A stretch of 64,000 nt of DNA from Lepidodermella squamata (taxonomy: Eukaryota > Animalia > Gastrotricha). Positions within the stretch are counted from its first letter, which is position 1, and each line of letters opens with the position of its first letter. The DNA lies in the NCBI GenBank assembly GCA_047495785.1, contig JBLDXI010000017.1:1302001-1366000 (forward strand), read 5' to 3'. Position numbers and translations under genes: made by a program. This document shows, in pieces, positions 49,201 through 62,159 of the stretch. The notes beneath the pieces are model-generated. The model was given only the letters and a program-made list of their open reading frames with translations. It was not told the DNA's origin and made no database searches.

Positions 49201-52200
49201 ATTCCGGATCAGTCCACATATGCAGCAACGCCTCGGCTAGCCGGTTATCAGTCGCCATGTCAGAGGGTGAAAATTTGCGTAAAACGCAAAAGCACCGCAA
49301 CGAAACGCAAGTTTGAGCGGCTGATCGTTGAAAATTCAGCATTTGGTACAGCGTTTCGCGGTGATTTGCCAGCAATTCGTTGCGCAAGTCAACGCCTTTT
49401 TGCTCGTTTTTCAACATGTGGATAAACATTTCCATCGTATGAACGTCATTCACGTAGCGGTCGGATAAAATCAATTTAATAGCCGCGTTTGGGTTGCATT
49501 TCAAACATGATAGTAACGGCTCAGCAAAAGGACTGCCATTTTGCATTAACATAGCAGTTTCTTTCACTACAACCGCATTCAACAGCCTGGCTAGTAATGA
49601 CTGGGTCAAGCTTTCAGTTGGGAAGTATTGAAATGTCTCTATCAGCGCGATCGAAAGACGGACTTCACTCGAAAACAGGTGACCAGCGATTGACTGAACG
49701 CTTTTAGTCGAATTAACCGACCGCTCGAGCCAAGTTTCAAGGTGGGTCGGCAGCAGTTCATCCAACGCTTGCTCACTGACAAGATTTGGGAATAACTGAA
49801 TCAAAAACTGGCATCGGCGAATTACGTCAACTGTTAAGGAGGCGCAATCTGACAATTGCCCGGTTATGAACGGCTTCACGACTTGGTCAAAAATCGTGCT
49901 GAGCGACAAAATTTGGCGATTTTTCTGGTCTTGATTGAGTAGTAACTTCGCGGCTTCAAAAGCTGTTGAGGTCAACTCGTTAACCGGTGAAACGAGCGGG
50001 GCAGGCGGCAAACCAGCGACTTGACTGCTCGGTAAAATATCGAGCAGACACTTGCAAATCGCAGCGAAAATCCGCTCAAGTAACGCCGTATTGCTGATGT
50101 AGTGGCAAGTCGTCAGAAATTGAAGGGCAGTGCATTTCAGCCCAGATAGTGAAGTCACGTTTTTATAACAAGTTTGTTGGCTCAAAACGTCCCGTTCGTT
50201 CTCTTCACACAGCGTGATCAGCGGGGTTAAAAAAGCCTGGCAAGTTTCGTCGTTAGAAAAGAAATATTGATGAGGATTTCGCATGTTCTTCGCGAGGAAT
50301 AGGCAGCCATTCAATAAACCGACTTGGCTAGCGTAAGGCAGCAGTTTTAACGGACGATCTCGAGCCTGGGCCGTCGCCTCCTTAATCGGCTGATCGAATT
50401 TTTCAAGCAACTCGCCAACATTTTTGAAGTTGGATTTCAGAACGATTTTGTCTAAAACTTGGCCCGTTGTAGTTCTGACGTGTTCACAACTCGAGAAAAG
50501 CGCTGGAATCAACCGAGCAGCGATTATTTTATCCAGAATATCGGTTATTGGATTGGTCAAAAGTTCGAATAGTTTGTTAACGCCGTCAAATGCAAGATCG
50601 TTGCAGCAAAACGAAACCTCTTGATCGATATCGGACAACATGTATAGCAACGCCTCGGAAAAGGAATGCGCATTTCTGGTCAAAAATGCTGAGCTGTTCT
50701 GAGAATTTGCGCACAAATGAAGGAGTAAATTCAACGCCCGGCAACCGCCCGCCTTCGCATACCACGGCCTCGAAAAACACATTCGCACAACCTGATCGGT
50801 GAAATACTGCAGCGAAACAAGTTGCCAGAAGAAAACCTCGTCGCCCAGCAGCAAAATTAAGGTGGAATAAATGCGTTCAATCACGTCGAGAGTTAAATTC
50901 ACAACATCTTTGCGCTCGTTTGCGAGTAGGGATAGAATTGCATCGAACAAAATCCAACCATCCAACTGGTTATTTTGGCTGAGGGTGGGGAAAATTCCGC
51001 TTTCTTGAGCCAACATGATCAGGCAAAATCGATCAACGACAAAAGCGGTTAGTTCGGTAGCGGATTTATTGAGATCTGGTATCAGCATTGCGAAGAAATG
51101 GGCTTCAATCAATTGACGCAAGGCAGCTCTACCCGAAGATTCAGGCAGCAGCGATTTCCCTAAATCGCTCAGAGAAAAATCTTGTTTCGGCTTCGAATTT
51201 TGCATAACGTTACGGATTTCGTTGATATTCGCTATACCCCCGCCGGTATTCAGCAGAGTCAAAATCACCGAATTAACGACTTCAAAGGCCTGTTTGCCTA
51301 AAAAGGTGGTTTTCGTGTCTTTGACTGGACCTGCCGTGCCAACGTTATCAGACAATACCGAGCTGACTTGAGACAGGGATGAACCAGCTTGTTGCTCTAA
51401 CAACGCGACTTGCTGTAGGGTTTTCAACGCAACGCTAACTGCCTCGTCTAATTTCAATTCAACAACACCCCTTTGCGGAAATTCAAGCTTCAACGTGACA
51501 GTTGAAGATGTATTGGATGAAGCGCTGAGGAGGAAGTTTTCCGAAATTCGATCACGACCAGTTCCGCCGAGTTTACCGAAAATTCTCAAAGCGGTTTGAG
51601 CAACATCAGGTGGGCCATTCAAACAACAACACAGGGCCGACATCAAATCTCGATGTACCGGCTGGATGTAGTTGTAAAAATAATCCGGTTGAACGTTATC
51701 AACGCACAATTCCAGAGTTCTCAAACCCTGTTGGACCAAAGATGGTGAGCCACTTAGTGCGGAAACTAGAGGCCCCATCAATAGGTGGAGGAATGGCAAT
51801 AAGGTGGACAGACGAACCGGTACAGTGAGGCATAGCTCGACGAATAAATCATGAATTTCCGAACGATGGCAGTCGTAATTAAGCCGGCTAAGCGTTTTTA
51901 ACAGACTTGGCAATAACTGGTAGAATTCTTTATAAAGCCGTTCCGTCGTCCCGCCGCCGATTGCTCGGAACAGGCAACGCAGTAACATCAGATAGTTGCT
52001 GGGATGAGCGGCAGATTTCGACAGTTGAACGCATCGGCTGACTAGAGAAACGAGATGAGGCTCGAGGACCGCCTCATTTATCACCGGGTACAGCGAAATC
52101 GAGCCGAAAATGGACCGGAAAAGCTTGAGATAAATCGGCGGCCGAATCGGGTCGGTCGAGCCTAAAACCGGGAGTCTTGCCAGCAAATACTGCAGTAAAA

Positions 52201-54723
52201 TTGTCGCGAAAGTCGACGATTGCAGCTGATTTGCCAAAAACGAATTGATAATGACTTGGAGCAATGGGTTTCCGATAAATCGCTCGATTAACGTGTCAAT
52301 ACATTGGACAAAGATTTGGCGGAAAGTTTCAGGATTCATGTGCAGATTGAAAATCCCGGCGAAATGCTCTAAAACCTCCTTTTCCTCTTTATTCTTCAAC
52401 TGAGGGGAAATCGCATTTGGCGACATTTTCGTGTAAGTCATCGCCCCGGGTCGGCCGGACGAGCTGATCAAGTAGATATCAAGTACTGCAGTTGCGTGTT
52501 TCGCCAACTGGACGTATACTTGAATTTCCCGAGGCTGGCATAGCTTCTCCATAGTAATAGTCGAATCTCGATTAGCGGGTATGGTTTGCTGCAGGCCCAA
52601 AGTCACCTGTTTAGTCGCAGCTACAAGAGTCTTAACCAAATGACGGCATTCAACCAGAGGACAAGCGACACTTTGGGCGGAAGAACCGGGTTGAACCGGC
52701 TGGTAAGACCCTGATCCGCAAAAACCAGCCTGGCTTCGTCGAGATGGGCTCAATAACTGATGTTGCTGAGGTTGGCCAGTCGCTGATTGATCTGAAGCCG
52801 GTAGATTCGATTGCTGCTCCTGTTTGCCAGATTCAGTAACGGCTGATACAAAAGCTTGGGGCGACAGCATTTCCTCGATCAGTGGCTGACTCTGAACTTG
52901 TTTCGCCAGATCCGTAGCCGGTGGTTGTTGCTGAGTCGATGTGCATTTAGCCAGTAACATTGGAATGTGATATTTCGCCAAGGTTTTGAACTTCAAACAG
53001 TACATTTCGAGAATTCGGAGGAGTAAATCACGACCATTATTGTTTTGCGGATCTTCCTCGGTTCGTTTTCGAATGCAATCAACCAAATTCATCATCAATC
53101 GACAACAGATTTGCTGAATACCCCACTGAAACGTTTCGGCATGGACGTGCCTCGCGTAGAAATTGACAGCCAATGCCAAGGTTTCAAAGGGTAGGTGATT
53201 TCTGATTCGATGGACTAAATCAGCCAAGGTAGTGTAAGCCAAGGGCTGAAGAGAGTCTTGAACGCTGTAACCATTAGACAGGAGCAACTTTTCATCGAAT
53301 AGCTTCTCCACATGAGGGATGAACCTTGTCATCAATTCCGAGTTCAAAATGTGACGAACAGCAATTAGCAGCTCGCGTCGCAAATGATAAGCTTCAGGTG
53401 GACAAGATGCAAGTAACTGAAGCAGACCAGTAGCCAACGACTGTCCCTCTTTATCAATCTATGAAAACAATTCAATTGAGAATCGGTATGAAAACTAAAA
53501 AAGAAAGGCTTACCATCACAACGAGATCTTTGTAAACCTTAGCGGCCACAAAAGCAATGAATGAAGCAACTTTGATTTGAACAGTGATGAAATCGACGTA
53601 AATCTCTTTAAAAGTTTCCCTCGCTCCGATTCCATCTCCACCCGAGACAGAGGGGGTAGCGGGGTTGGCTGAGCCTTGAGGAGAAGGAGCAGCTAATGCT
53701 TTGGCTGACGTTGACGGCATTGGAGGCTGCAGCATTAAGCAGCTAATTGTCGTCACTGTAAATTCGCCTATTTCCGTTTGAAACAGCTTTCCGTACAATT
53801 GGTACCAAAGGACAACCATAAGTGGAACTTCAGCCAACACTTTTAGCGACATGGTCGATCGGGGCAGCAAGACATAGTTTAAAGCGGGCTGACTCTTGTC
53901 CTCTGGTCGAGTGTCAGTAATTGTCAATTGGGTGAAGGTATTCTGAAGCAGCTGTTCGACATTGATTCTCTGACACATTTGGTCGATACTAGCCATCTTA
54001 CGCAGGTCCTTAACAATCAAAGGCGATTGCTGCTCAAAGATTTTGGGCATGTAAGATTGCAAGTGAGAATATAGCTGTTTGACAGAAATAAGAAAGCTGT
54101 GAATTCCGGCATTAATTGACGGCCGATAATAGCGATGCAGATCCATAATGATTTTCATGCAAACCAAAGCATTTTCCTCGTTTTCGATCTCGAATAAGCG
54201 AAACATTTGAGTGAGGAGAGTTGAAACATAATGCTCTTTTATTATCTCATTGGTAGGAAGCCTGAGAATGATTTCAAGAATTTGCTTTCTCAGTTGCTGG
54301 AAAGAAAATATCATTAGGGACATCTCCATACTAACGATGAAAGTACTCACATGAAGTGGATGCTCGGAGATGAAATGCGGTTCTGTATCTCGAAGAACTC
54401 GCATAAAAACTGTCAGCATGTCATTGATGAAATCATTCAGTTTGGGATGGCAAGCGATGGTAGTCTGCAAATGTTCGGCGATTTCCTGGGCTGCTTTTAG
54501 CCTCTTCTCCAAATCTGAAATGTAGACAGGATGAATTTGATTTAAGTCAGGATTAAACATGCCATATAAAAAACATACTTCCGAGAGCAAGGGGCTCGCC
54601 AATGAGTTGAACATAACTGACGAGAGTCGATAAATGACCGGGAGCCTGCGATTGAGCCGATGGAGTAAATGGAGAAATAAGAGGGCTCGGGCTCGGATTA
54701 CTTCCAGACGGAGTACTAGTCAT
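37260..54723 (-). CDS. TRRAP: Transformation/transcription domain-associated protein (TRRAP/Tra1/Nipped-A), multi-exon
   Basis: Diagnostic segments: ENEENALVCMKIIMDLHR, SLKVLAEVPLMVV, LRRELLIAVRHI, DLFVELCLTVPVRLSTLLPFL, QGLRTLELCVDN, KLRRLMTFAW, FAT region (WRRLP, Q|VIELNEA, KTWKNRLP), pseudo-PI3K domain (PFRMTP), FATC (DNLCRVDPTTLPWI*). Confidence 0.96.
40645..40992 (+). mobile_element. Possible LTR-retrotransposon gag fragment in the TRRAP intron
   Basis: GC-rich ORF ...PESFISWFTGVVKTYKAAGG...DDEIACLFIRALCDERYRDF resembles copia-type gag (ES...Y...G..DD.....L..L...Y). No LTRs seen. Confidence 0.4.
43100..43296 (+). mobile_element. Decayed non-LTR (CR1/L2/Jockey-type) reverse transcriptase fragment
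   Basis: SEVPQGSVLGPLLFAI (RT motif B'), then frameshifted ILFAD(T) and KWFTSNGLDIN. Confidence 0.85.
45660..46042. mobile_element. Decayed MITE-like inverted-repeat element in a TRRAP intron
   Basis: ccacagcgcaaca...gcagca...ttgcaacaca on the left is mirrored by tgtgttgcaa...tgctgc...tgttacgctgtgg on the right. Internal (tttacccgg)n repeats. Confidence 0.5.
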
Positions 54724-55700
54724 GATTAAATAGACATTTCCTATTGAAAAGTACAAGTAAATATTGAAAAATACAGAACGAAAGCCAAGATATAAGCAAT
54801 TTTTTGTAATGATATGAATTAATTAGAGCAGGAAAGCGATTGGAACCATGAAAGAGTGAAATGCTACATCGACGCTGCTGGTTGCTGGTTGCAGGCAACA
54901 AGTAAAACAACTGCGATGTACAGAAAACATGACTGAAAAACGAAATCTGTGATGCAAGCTGTAAAATACGATGGCGTTTAGCGTTTAGCTGAATATCCAA
55001 CTACTGATGCCTGATGCTCATTTTCGCAAAATACTTGGTACTTGGTGATCGAACAGAGTCATCCTACTGCGTTAAGTCGGAAATATTCGCAAAAATATTT
55101 GAAATCTTCAATCGACCTTATTTTTATTATTTGTCAAAATACTTTTAATACTTTGTTTTTCAGTAGCAAAATGATTTATTTGACTATTTTAAATTGTTTA
55201 ATTAAGGCTTTAAAATCTTATTTGCCGCAGGAAATTTGACGAATTCGATTCTAAGCTGATGCAGGTTCCAGGTCAAAGTACCTAACGGAACCTAGCAACT
55301 GTATTGAAGTTAGCAGAAGGATTCCAGCAGAATACACTTCCACTTATCCGATTGACTTTATTTTTTGTTATTTTCAAATTCAGCTTGTTTCGCGGCGAAT
55401 CCAACGATACCAAACTTATTGAGGTATTAGCGTATCCCCAAACTAGGGCAGTACGGGCAGCACCCGGTTCCTTAATTCCGGCCGAAAGCTCGAAATTATG
55501 GATCCATCACCACTTCACCTGATAACCAGAAACAAGTAAACGTAAATTGATTGATGAATTAAAAATTAAAATTGGAAATGCAATTGACCGTTAACAAGTG
55601 AAAAATAGGGTCTGGCGAAGTTTTCATGTATTTGAAAAGTGAATTCGTGCCTTTTCTTCCTGTGCGTGATTTTCCCTCGAAACTAGTCTCCCTTAATATA

Positions 55701-55879
55701 CAGGGTGGGCAAAAAATTCCGCAGAAGGCGAATTCGATGCGCATCATTTTAATGAGCAATTTCAAGAATTGAGGAGTTCCATTGGCGAAAGAATGCTGGA
55801 AATTCTTCAACTTCTTATAACTCCTCATTAAATTGATGCGCATCGAATTCGCTATCTGCGGAATTTTTCGCACACCCTG
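55701..55879. mobile_element. Second copy (opposite orientation) of the CAGGGTG Tc1/mariner MITE
   Basis: TA|CAGGGTGGGCAAAAAATTCCGCAGA...TCTGCGGAATTTTTCGCACACCCTG|TA. The interior is the reverse complement of 10874-11053. Confidence 0.9.
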
Positions 55880-56171
55880 TATACATAGTTGATGCGAATA
55901 ACAAAGAAGAATTTTTTGTCTCAATTTCCGGGTCAAATAATGTCCTACTTATTGCTTCATGCTGACTTATTGGACGATCTTTGATGTATTTTTTAAACGA
56001 GAGAGCAAAAGAACAAAACAGCAGCTGATACAACACTTGGTGGGTGGAATGCGCTAAGGGCAGCCTATAAAGCTGGAGGCATTTACTGAAAGAAGGCGCC
56101 TGTTTCACCCAAAGCGAAGTCGTTGTTTAATCTCTCATCAACTTCTCGTTCTTACGTTTCTCTTTCTCGTC

Positions 56172-56604
56172 ATGCTCAGCCGAACTTTCGTCGCACTTGC
56201 TCTCATTGCGGTAATCGGTAAGGCCGAGGATTGTCCAGGGCTATCAACTAATGCTGTTCATAATAATGAATAGGGTTCACGTATGTTTCTGCATTCTACC
56301 AGTTTACTCCAGAAGAGGAGAAAAGTGAGGGCCTTTTTTCGCAACGCTTCCTGTTCCTCATTGCCCTCTTCATTTTTCAGTTATCACCTCGTTCAAGAAG
56401 AGCAGGACTATGTGCGACAATTTTAGACGACCAATACTGGCCCGGACAGTAGAGAAATCGCTTGAACATTGCATACTTGCTTGCTGGAGAGAAGGAGCGA
56501 AGTGCAAAGGCGTTGATTACTCTACCAGCGGCGTTTGCATGCATAACTCGATATGCGATTCACAGCAAATTGGCGGCTCTATTAAAACTTATATCAAGCA
56601 GTAA
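56172..56604 (+). CDS. Small secreted PAN/apple-like Cys-rich protein; exons 56172-56217, 56381-56604
   Basis: Signal MLSRTFVALALIAVI|V via G|GTAAGG...TTTTCAG (phase 1), then SLEHCILACWREGAKCKGVDYSTSGVC, a PAN-type C-x3-C-x6-C...C pattern. Confidence 0.65.
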
Positions 56605-58313
56605 ATCAATTCAAAATCGCAGCGATCCGTGGAGAAGAAGAGTTGATGAGTCACGAATGATCTTATTCATTCTATTTAATATTTCATTTAATCTAAGAGA
56701 TCATTTCGTGCTGGATCGTGATGAATATTCATTAAAACGCTGTTAGAATCTGCCGCAGTTTTAGTCTTGAAAAGTATTGTCTTACGTGGCGTAATGGGCA
56801 GGTCCCTAGTTTGATAATTTGGATAACAGAAAACCGAGGAAAGTGAGACGAATCATCTCAGAGATCACCGGGGCGTATTAGATTGGAATCCTTGGTTCTC
56901 AATTTCGTGAAGATGTCAAACGGTAGACGGGCTGTCGAGGTCACTCTTTTCGCCTGGCTTTCTTTTCTTTTGGCTCTTTTCTTTTGGAGAGGAAGCTGAC
57001 TGTATTGAAATCAATGCCTGACTTGAAATATTGGATCTCACATTTCCCCAAGAGTGAAGAGTTCGAGTCCAGCATTAGTCAAATGTTCGTGGCAATGAGC
57101 AAGTCACCCAGCCATAGACAATAATACAAGATCGGAAACTTATAGTTCTCCCATAGTGTAAAATTGCATAAGCTACAAGGGATTAGCGAGCCTGCTTGTT
57201 TACTTTTCACGCTCTTTTAACGAGAGGAAGATCGCACACTTGCATTGAAAAATTATCGATTTTGAAGATTGATTTCACAGAATTGTTAGTGATCTGAATT
57301 CCTGTTGAAATTAGGGCTTTTGCACGGAATTTCGCGGGCTATTAGAATCACTAAAATTTATTTCAGCACCAATTTCTGTTGATTTTCTACTCAATTTCAA
57401 AAACAACCCTTTTTCGGCAAAAGTGCAAAAGTGGCTCAAGTTCGCGGGCCGAAGTTTTACATGCCATCGTATCAGAAAAATCGTACGCTTCCTGCTCAGT
57501 GCCTCATGGCTTTTAGCGTTTCATCGCTTTCCTTCCTTTCCTGTCTGAATCACCTGGACAGTTAGATGGACAAAACCAGCCTTACTCTTCTGAAATGTCT
57601 TGTGCTTGTCTGTGCCTGAAGTTTCCAGCTTAAAAAAATATTCTCATGCCAGACAGAAACTAGATGTAAAATCACTTCCCAGAAACTGACCTTTGCTTTG
57701 GTCACAGGTCTTAGATTTTCTCGAAGACTGACACTCCGTTACCAGGGATTATCCAAGAGCCGAAACTATTCCAAATTCAAATTTTTATTTGTTTTCGCTC
57801 ATGTGCAGTGAAGAGACTTCGCCATCACTTTCAAACGTATAGCATTAATCATACCATCATAATCATTAAAAAAGAAATAAAACGAATCATCAGCAAAATA
57901 TCAGAAAACTATGATAGTTATTATTGTATGATCAGTCGTTCTTCGCATATACATAAAATGATATGATATAAAACAATGATGAAAAGAACAAAGGTAGCGC
58001 AGCAAAGTCGGAAGGCGGAGGAGTATACGTTCGTAGTCGCATCGACACACAATGCGCGGGGCGATGTGGAAAACGTCTAAAGAGGTCTGCAAAACTTCCA
58101 ACAAGTCAACAACACATTTCCGGGCCAGCGTAAATTCATTTGACAAGCAAAACAAATCCAGTGGGTTTTGATGCTTGAAATTTATAGCAATAATTAAAGA
58201 CACCATTCCTTGTTGGATGAAGAAATTTCATTGATATCAAACAGCAGAAATATATATAAGTCGTAAAATTTGTTGGTAGTTGAAAACGAAACAACAATTG
58301 TACAAAATTATGT

Positions 58314-61300
58314 TTAGGCCAAGCGACCTTGGCGAAGCAGGCGATCTTTCACGCTGGATGAAGCAGGCCGGCGGCTTTCAGACGGGGCGGAACTGGGGTG
58401 GTTGTTCATGAAAAACGGGTGCGATGATTGATTCGACGGCTGAGGGCTGTTGAAAATGACTGATTGCGATCGCCGCTCAGCAACGACAGCTAACCGCCGG
58501 CGTCGGGCGAGTTCGCGCCGGTAGACAGCCGTAATATCGGCTGAAAACGCCGCGAGGGGTGCGAAAAGCTCCGAGGGCGACGGGCCACTTGGCGCCGAGT
58601 TGGAACCCAACTGCTGGGGCCCGTCGTGGTTACCGCCAGCCAGGGCGAAGTAGGACACTAAATGAGTGAATTTACTCTCAGAATCCTTCATCAACTGCTC
58701 GGTTTGGCTGATATCTTCCTGAGCTTGCACGATGAAATTTTTCAACATTGCCGTAAAACCGTCTTCAACTTTAGGCTGGCTAGGTTGAACAACAGGTGGC
58801 TGGGGCGATGTTGACGATGGCGGCGAGGCGTCGCCCTGAGACGACGCTGTATCCGCGTCACTTTGAGGCGGAGTTGGCAATTGTGATGGTGAGATTGATA
58901 ACGAAGAATTTTGAACTACTGGTTGTTGGTGATGCATTGGCTGAGGCGGGCATTCCTCCTGAATGAGCTCCAGGTACCGCGAACAACGCTCCAAATCGCC
59001 CTTCAGCCGGTCGAGGTCTATCCTCAACGAGGCGAGGTCAACATCGGCAGCGGCTGCGAGTTCTGGCTGGGTTGGCAAATCAGGGTCTGGTGGCATCTTC
59101 TCCATACTTCCACTGGCAACAGTTTTCAGTAAATGCGTAACTAGTTCGTTCACAACGTAGTGAAGTAGGGTTAGCGAGCCGTCGCTGCTCTTAATTTCCT
59201 TCAGCTTTGGCACAACATCGAGTTGGAACCCATCAGCCTGGCCACGGCTAGCGTTGCCAGCATTCAGTACATTGCCAACTGCGAGGATAATGCCGAACAA
59301 GAAGCGAAGTTGTTCGCTCGACTTGACGCGGTCGCACGTCAGCCGGAACGCGGATAACTTAGCTTCGAAAGACTGCAGGCCATCAGGTAGCGTTAACCTA
59401 ACAATCAAACTGTTAAGGCGGAGATCGTAGCGAGGTATGCGGGTAAGCCGGTAGCAGAAGAGATCAGGCTTATCGAGGCCTTCCTCGCCGAACTCGCGCA
59501 CGTGATCGACAAGCGCGTCGATTTCTTCAGCAGTTGGCCGGTGTTTGTCCAACGTCTCTAACAGGGTCAATTTAACCGCGGTCAACCGCCCGTTAACCAA
59601 CACCTCTCGAATCTGGTCGAAAGTTAACCGGTAACTGCTGATAGCGATTCCTATCGCTTGACTACGCCGAGGTTCCAGGAGCTTTTTCAGTGCACTAGGC
59701 CGACCGTCGGATACCCCAGATCCGCCTGGGCCTCTTGTCGCTTGAGATAGCAACTCACTAAGCCGCATAGGTGAGGTAGGCCGGCCGTCAGGTCCGACGA
59801 CTTGAAGCTGATTATTGCCCATGACTTTGCTAGCACTTGACGTCGAGCGGCCGAAGTGTTTTTCGATCTCTTTGACGTCGATGAAAGGTTCCTGCAGGGT
59901 GAACCACAGCGTTTGAGCTTCGCTTGGCTTCACCGGCTGCGACGCCATGAACTGAATCCGCCGCCAGAATAACGGCTTCATTTCTACGGCGACTTTGACT
60001 GGCTTCTTGCGGGGCACCTTTTTCACGGCATTTGAAGGCGGAGGAGGCGGGGGAGGTGGAGGTCCGGCGCCTGGTGGAGGTGGCGGTGAGACGGAAGCAC
60101 CCGGTGGTAGCGGCGGAGGTGGAGGAGGAGGCCTGAAAAAAATAATTTCAAATTAATTTCAAATTTCAAATTTCAAAAATTAATTATTTTAAATTGTCTA
60201 GTAATATTTTCAAAATATCATTCAATTTTTCAATATTTTTTAAAATTTCAAAAAAATTCAAAAATTTGAATTCCTAACTTATTTTTAGATTTTTATTTTC
60301 ATTATTTTTTACAATTTTTAACAAGCTTCAAAAACTTACGGAGGAGCTGGTGCCGCTACGCATGAGTCAGAAGGTAACGGCGGAGGAGGAGGGGGAGGAG
60401 GGGGTGGTGGTGGCGCGGCCGAAACCGGTTGCGGGCTTTCCGGTACAGGTTCACTCGAGCTCGAAACGGGCAGCGGAGTCGCGGAAGTTTCCGCAAGCGG
60501 TGTCGGAGCTGAAACAGTTATATCCGGCCCAGCGTTGTTTTGCGCAACCGGTGTCGCCGAGGGTGTCTCAGCCGTTGCGTTGATATCGAGCGACGAAGCT
60601 GGCGATAACGTGCCGGCAATCATCATCAACGTCGGCTGCGGGCTATGCGAACCAGACGACGAAATCATTGAAGAAATCGACGAAGTTTCCGGAGACATTG
60701 ACCGGTGATTTTGGCCGCTGACTAAATTGATAACTAAAGACGAGGTTGATTGCGTATCTAGCCCACTCGATTGCGACGACGCTGGGTTAACAACGTCCGG
60801 CAAGCAATTTTCATCAGATTTCTCAGACTGTTCATTCGCCGATTTCTCCGGGTGGTTCGATTTTGATTCGAGCTGTTCGATTTCGAGTTGTTTACACCGC
60901 GCCTCCAGCTTGCCGTTTTCAGCTTCGAGTTGAGCTATGCGCACGTTCATTTCGCTCATTTTCAGCTCGATCATGCGCATCTCGGCTTCGTAGCGATTGC
61001 GTAATCGCGCGGTTTTATTCGCGTGATCTTTCTCGCACATTTCGAGCCGATCGGCAAAGTCAGCCTTCAGCTTCTGAATTATTCCTTCTACATCTGAAAA
61101 CAATAAAAAAAATTATAAATATTTTGCTGTAGCGACTATTTTGAAAAAATTATTGCCATTCTAAATTTCCGAATTTCGGTTCCGTTAATTTCTAAATTTT
61201 CCCCATAAAAAAGAATAATAAATCAAGAAAATTCAAAATAAATATCAATAGAAATATGGACAACTTTAAATTTATTACAAATCCTGGGGCTTAATATAAA

Positions 61301-62159
61301 CGAGAACTATCCGGTATCCAAAATTGTATCTAGGATGGATGGCATTTTTCGAAAAATAAACAATTCGAACATTGCGGTGTCCATGGAGATTTCCCAAAAG
61401 GTGCCTTTCAATTAAGAAAGGCGTGGAAAATGCTATCTTGATCCGCTTGATTGACAACTTAACGCGCTGTTCTTTTCATCAACTTTCAATAAGCTTGAAA
61501 AAAAATCCACCATAAAAAAACGTGAGTAGACGGGTCACTATATATTTTTCCCTAAATATTCCCATCATCTATACAAAATTACAATATTTTTTTTCCGAAT
61601 CGAAAGCTAACCTTGTTGGCTGAATCTATTGCCGGTTTTCGAGCCGTTCGGCGATTCGGCATCGGGTGTTGTCGGGCTCGAATGGAAGCCGTTGTTGAAA
61701 GACCGCGCGGTATTGGTCAAAAATGTTGACCACGAGTAGTTCATATCAGGCTGTGGGTGTAACATCACAAAAATGCACGCTATAATATTCGAAACAAGTG
61801 ACTGCACTATTATTATTATTGACATAACAGGGCGCTTCCGTTGCGCAACCCAGCACGAAACGATGCGTGTAATATATTTATATTTACCTTGAAGAGTAGT
61901 GGCTGAGGCGTTCCGCTTAAGCAGTTAGCATCGGCATGTGAAGGCGACGAAGCTGTTGCTGTTGTCATAGCAGAAACACTTTTCACCGGCGTTGATGCAG
62001 GTTGTTGCTGACCCGCCGGTAGGGCTGGGCGGATAACGCCGAGAGCTAGCAGATCGGTACAAAACTGAAGCGCCAAAGTTATCAAATCGTTCTTGACCAG
62101 GTACTGCAGGTAGTGCGTTCGATCGATCGTCGAACACAGCCACTCCAATAACACTTCAC
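58314..62159 (-). CDS. Formin, FMN/Cappuccino subfamily (5' end extends further; candidate exon 63467-63407)
   Basis: FH2 (MKPLFWRRIQ, ILAVGNVLNAGNASRGQADGF), poly-Pro FH1, coiled coil, DEP-like segment (LLEWLC...QFCTDLLALGVI...FK|PDMNYSW), and a Capu-type tail SSVKDRLLRQ. Confidence 0.92.

Noticed and set aside
37232-54756. Many + strand and alternate-frame ORFs over TRRAP (likewise over the actins, formin and Kunitz genes)
   Set aside because: They are antisense or frame shadows of GC-richer exons and have no independent motifs.
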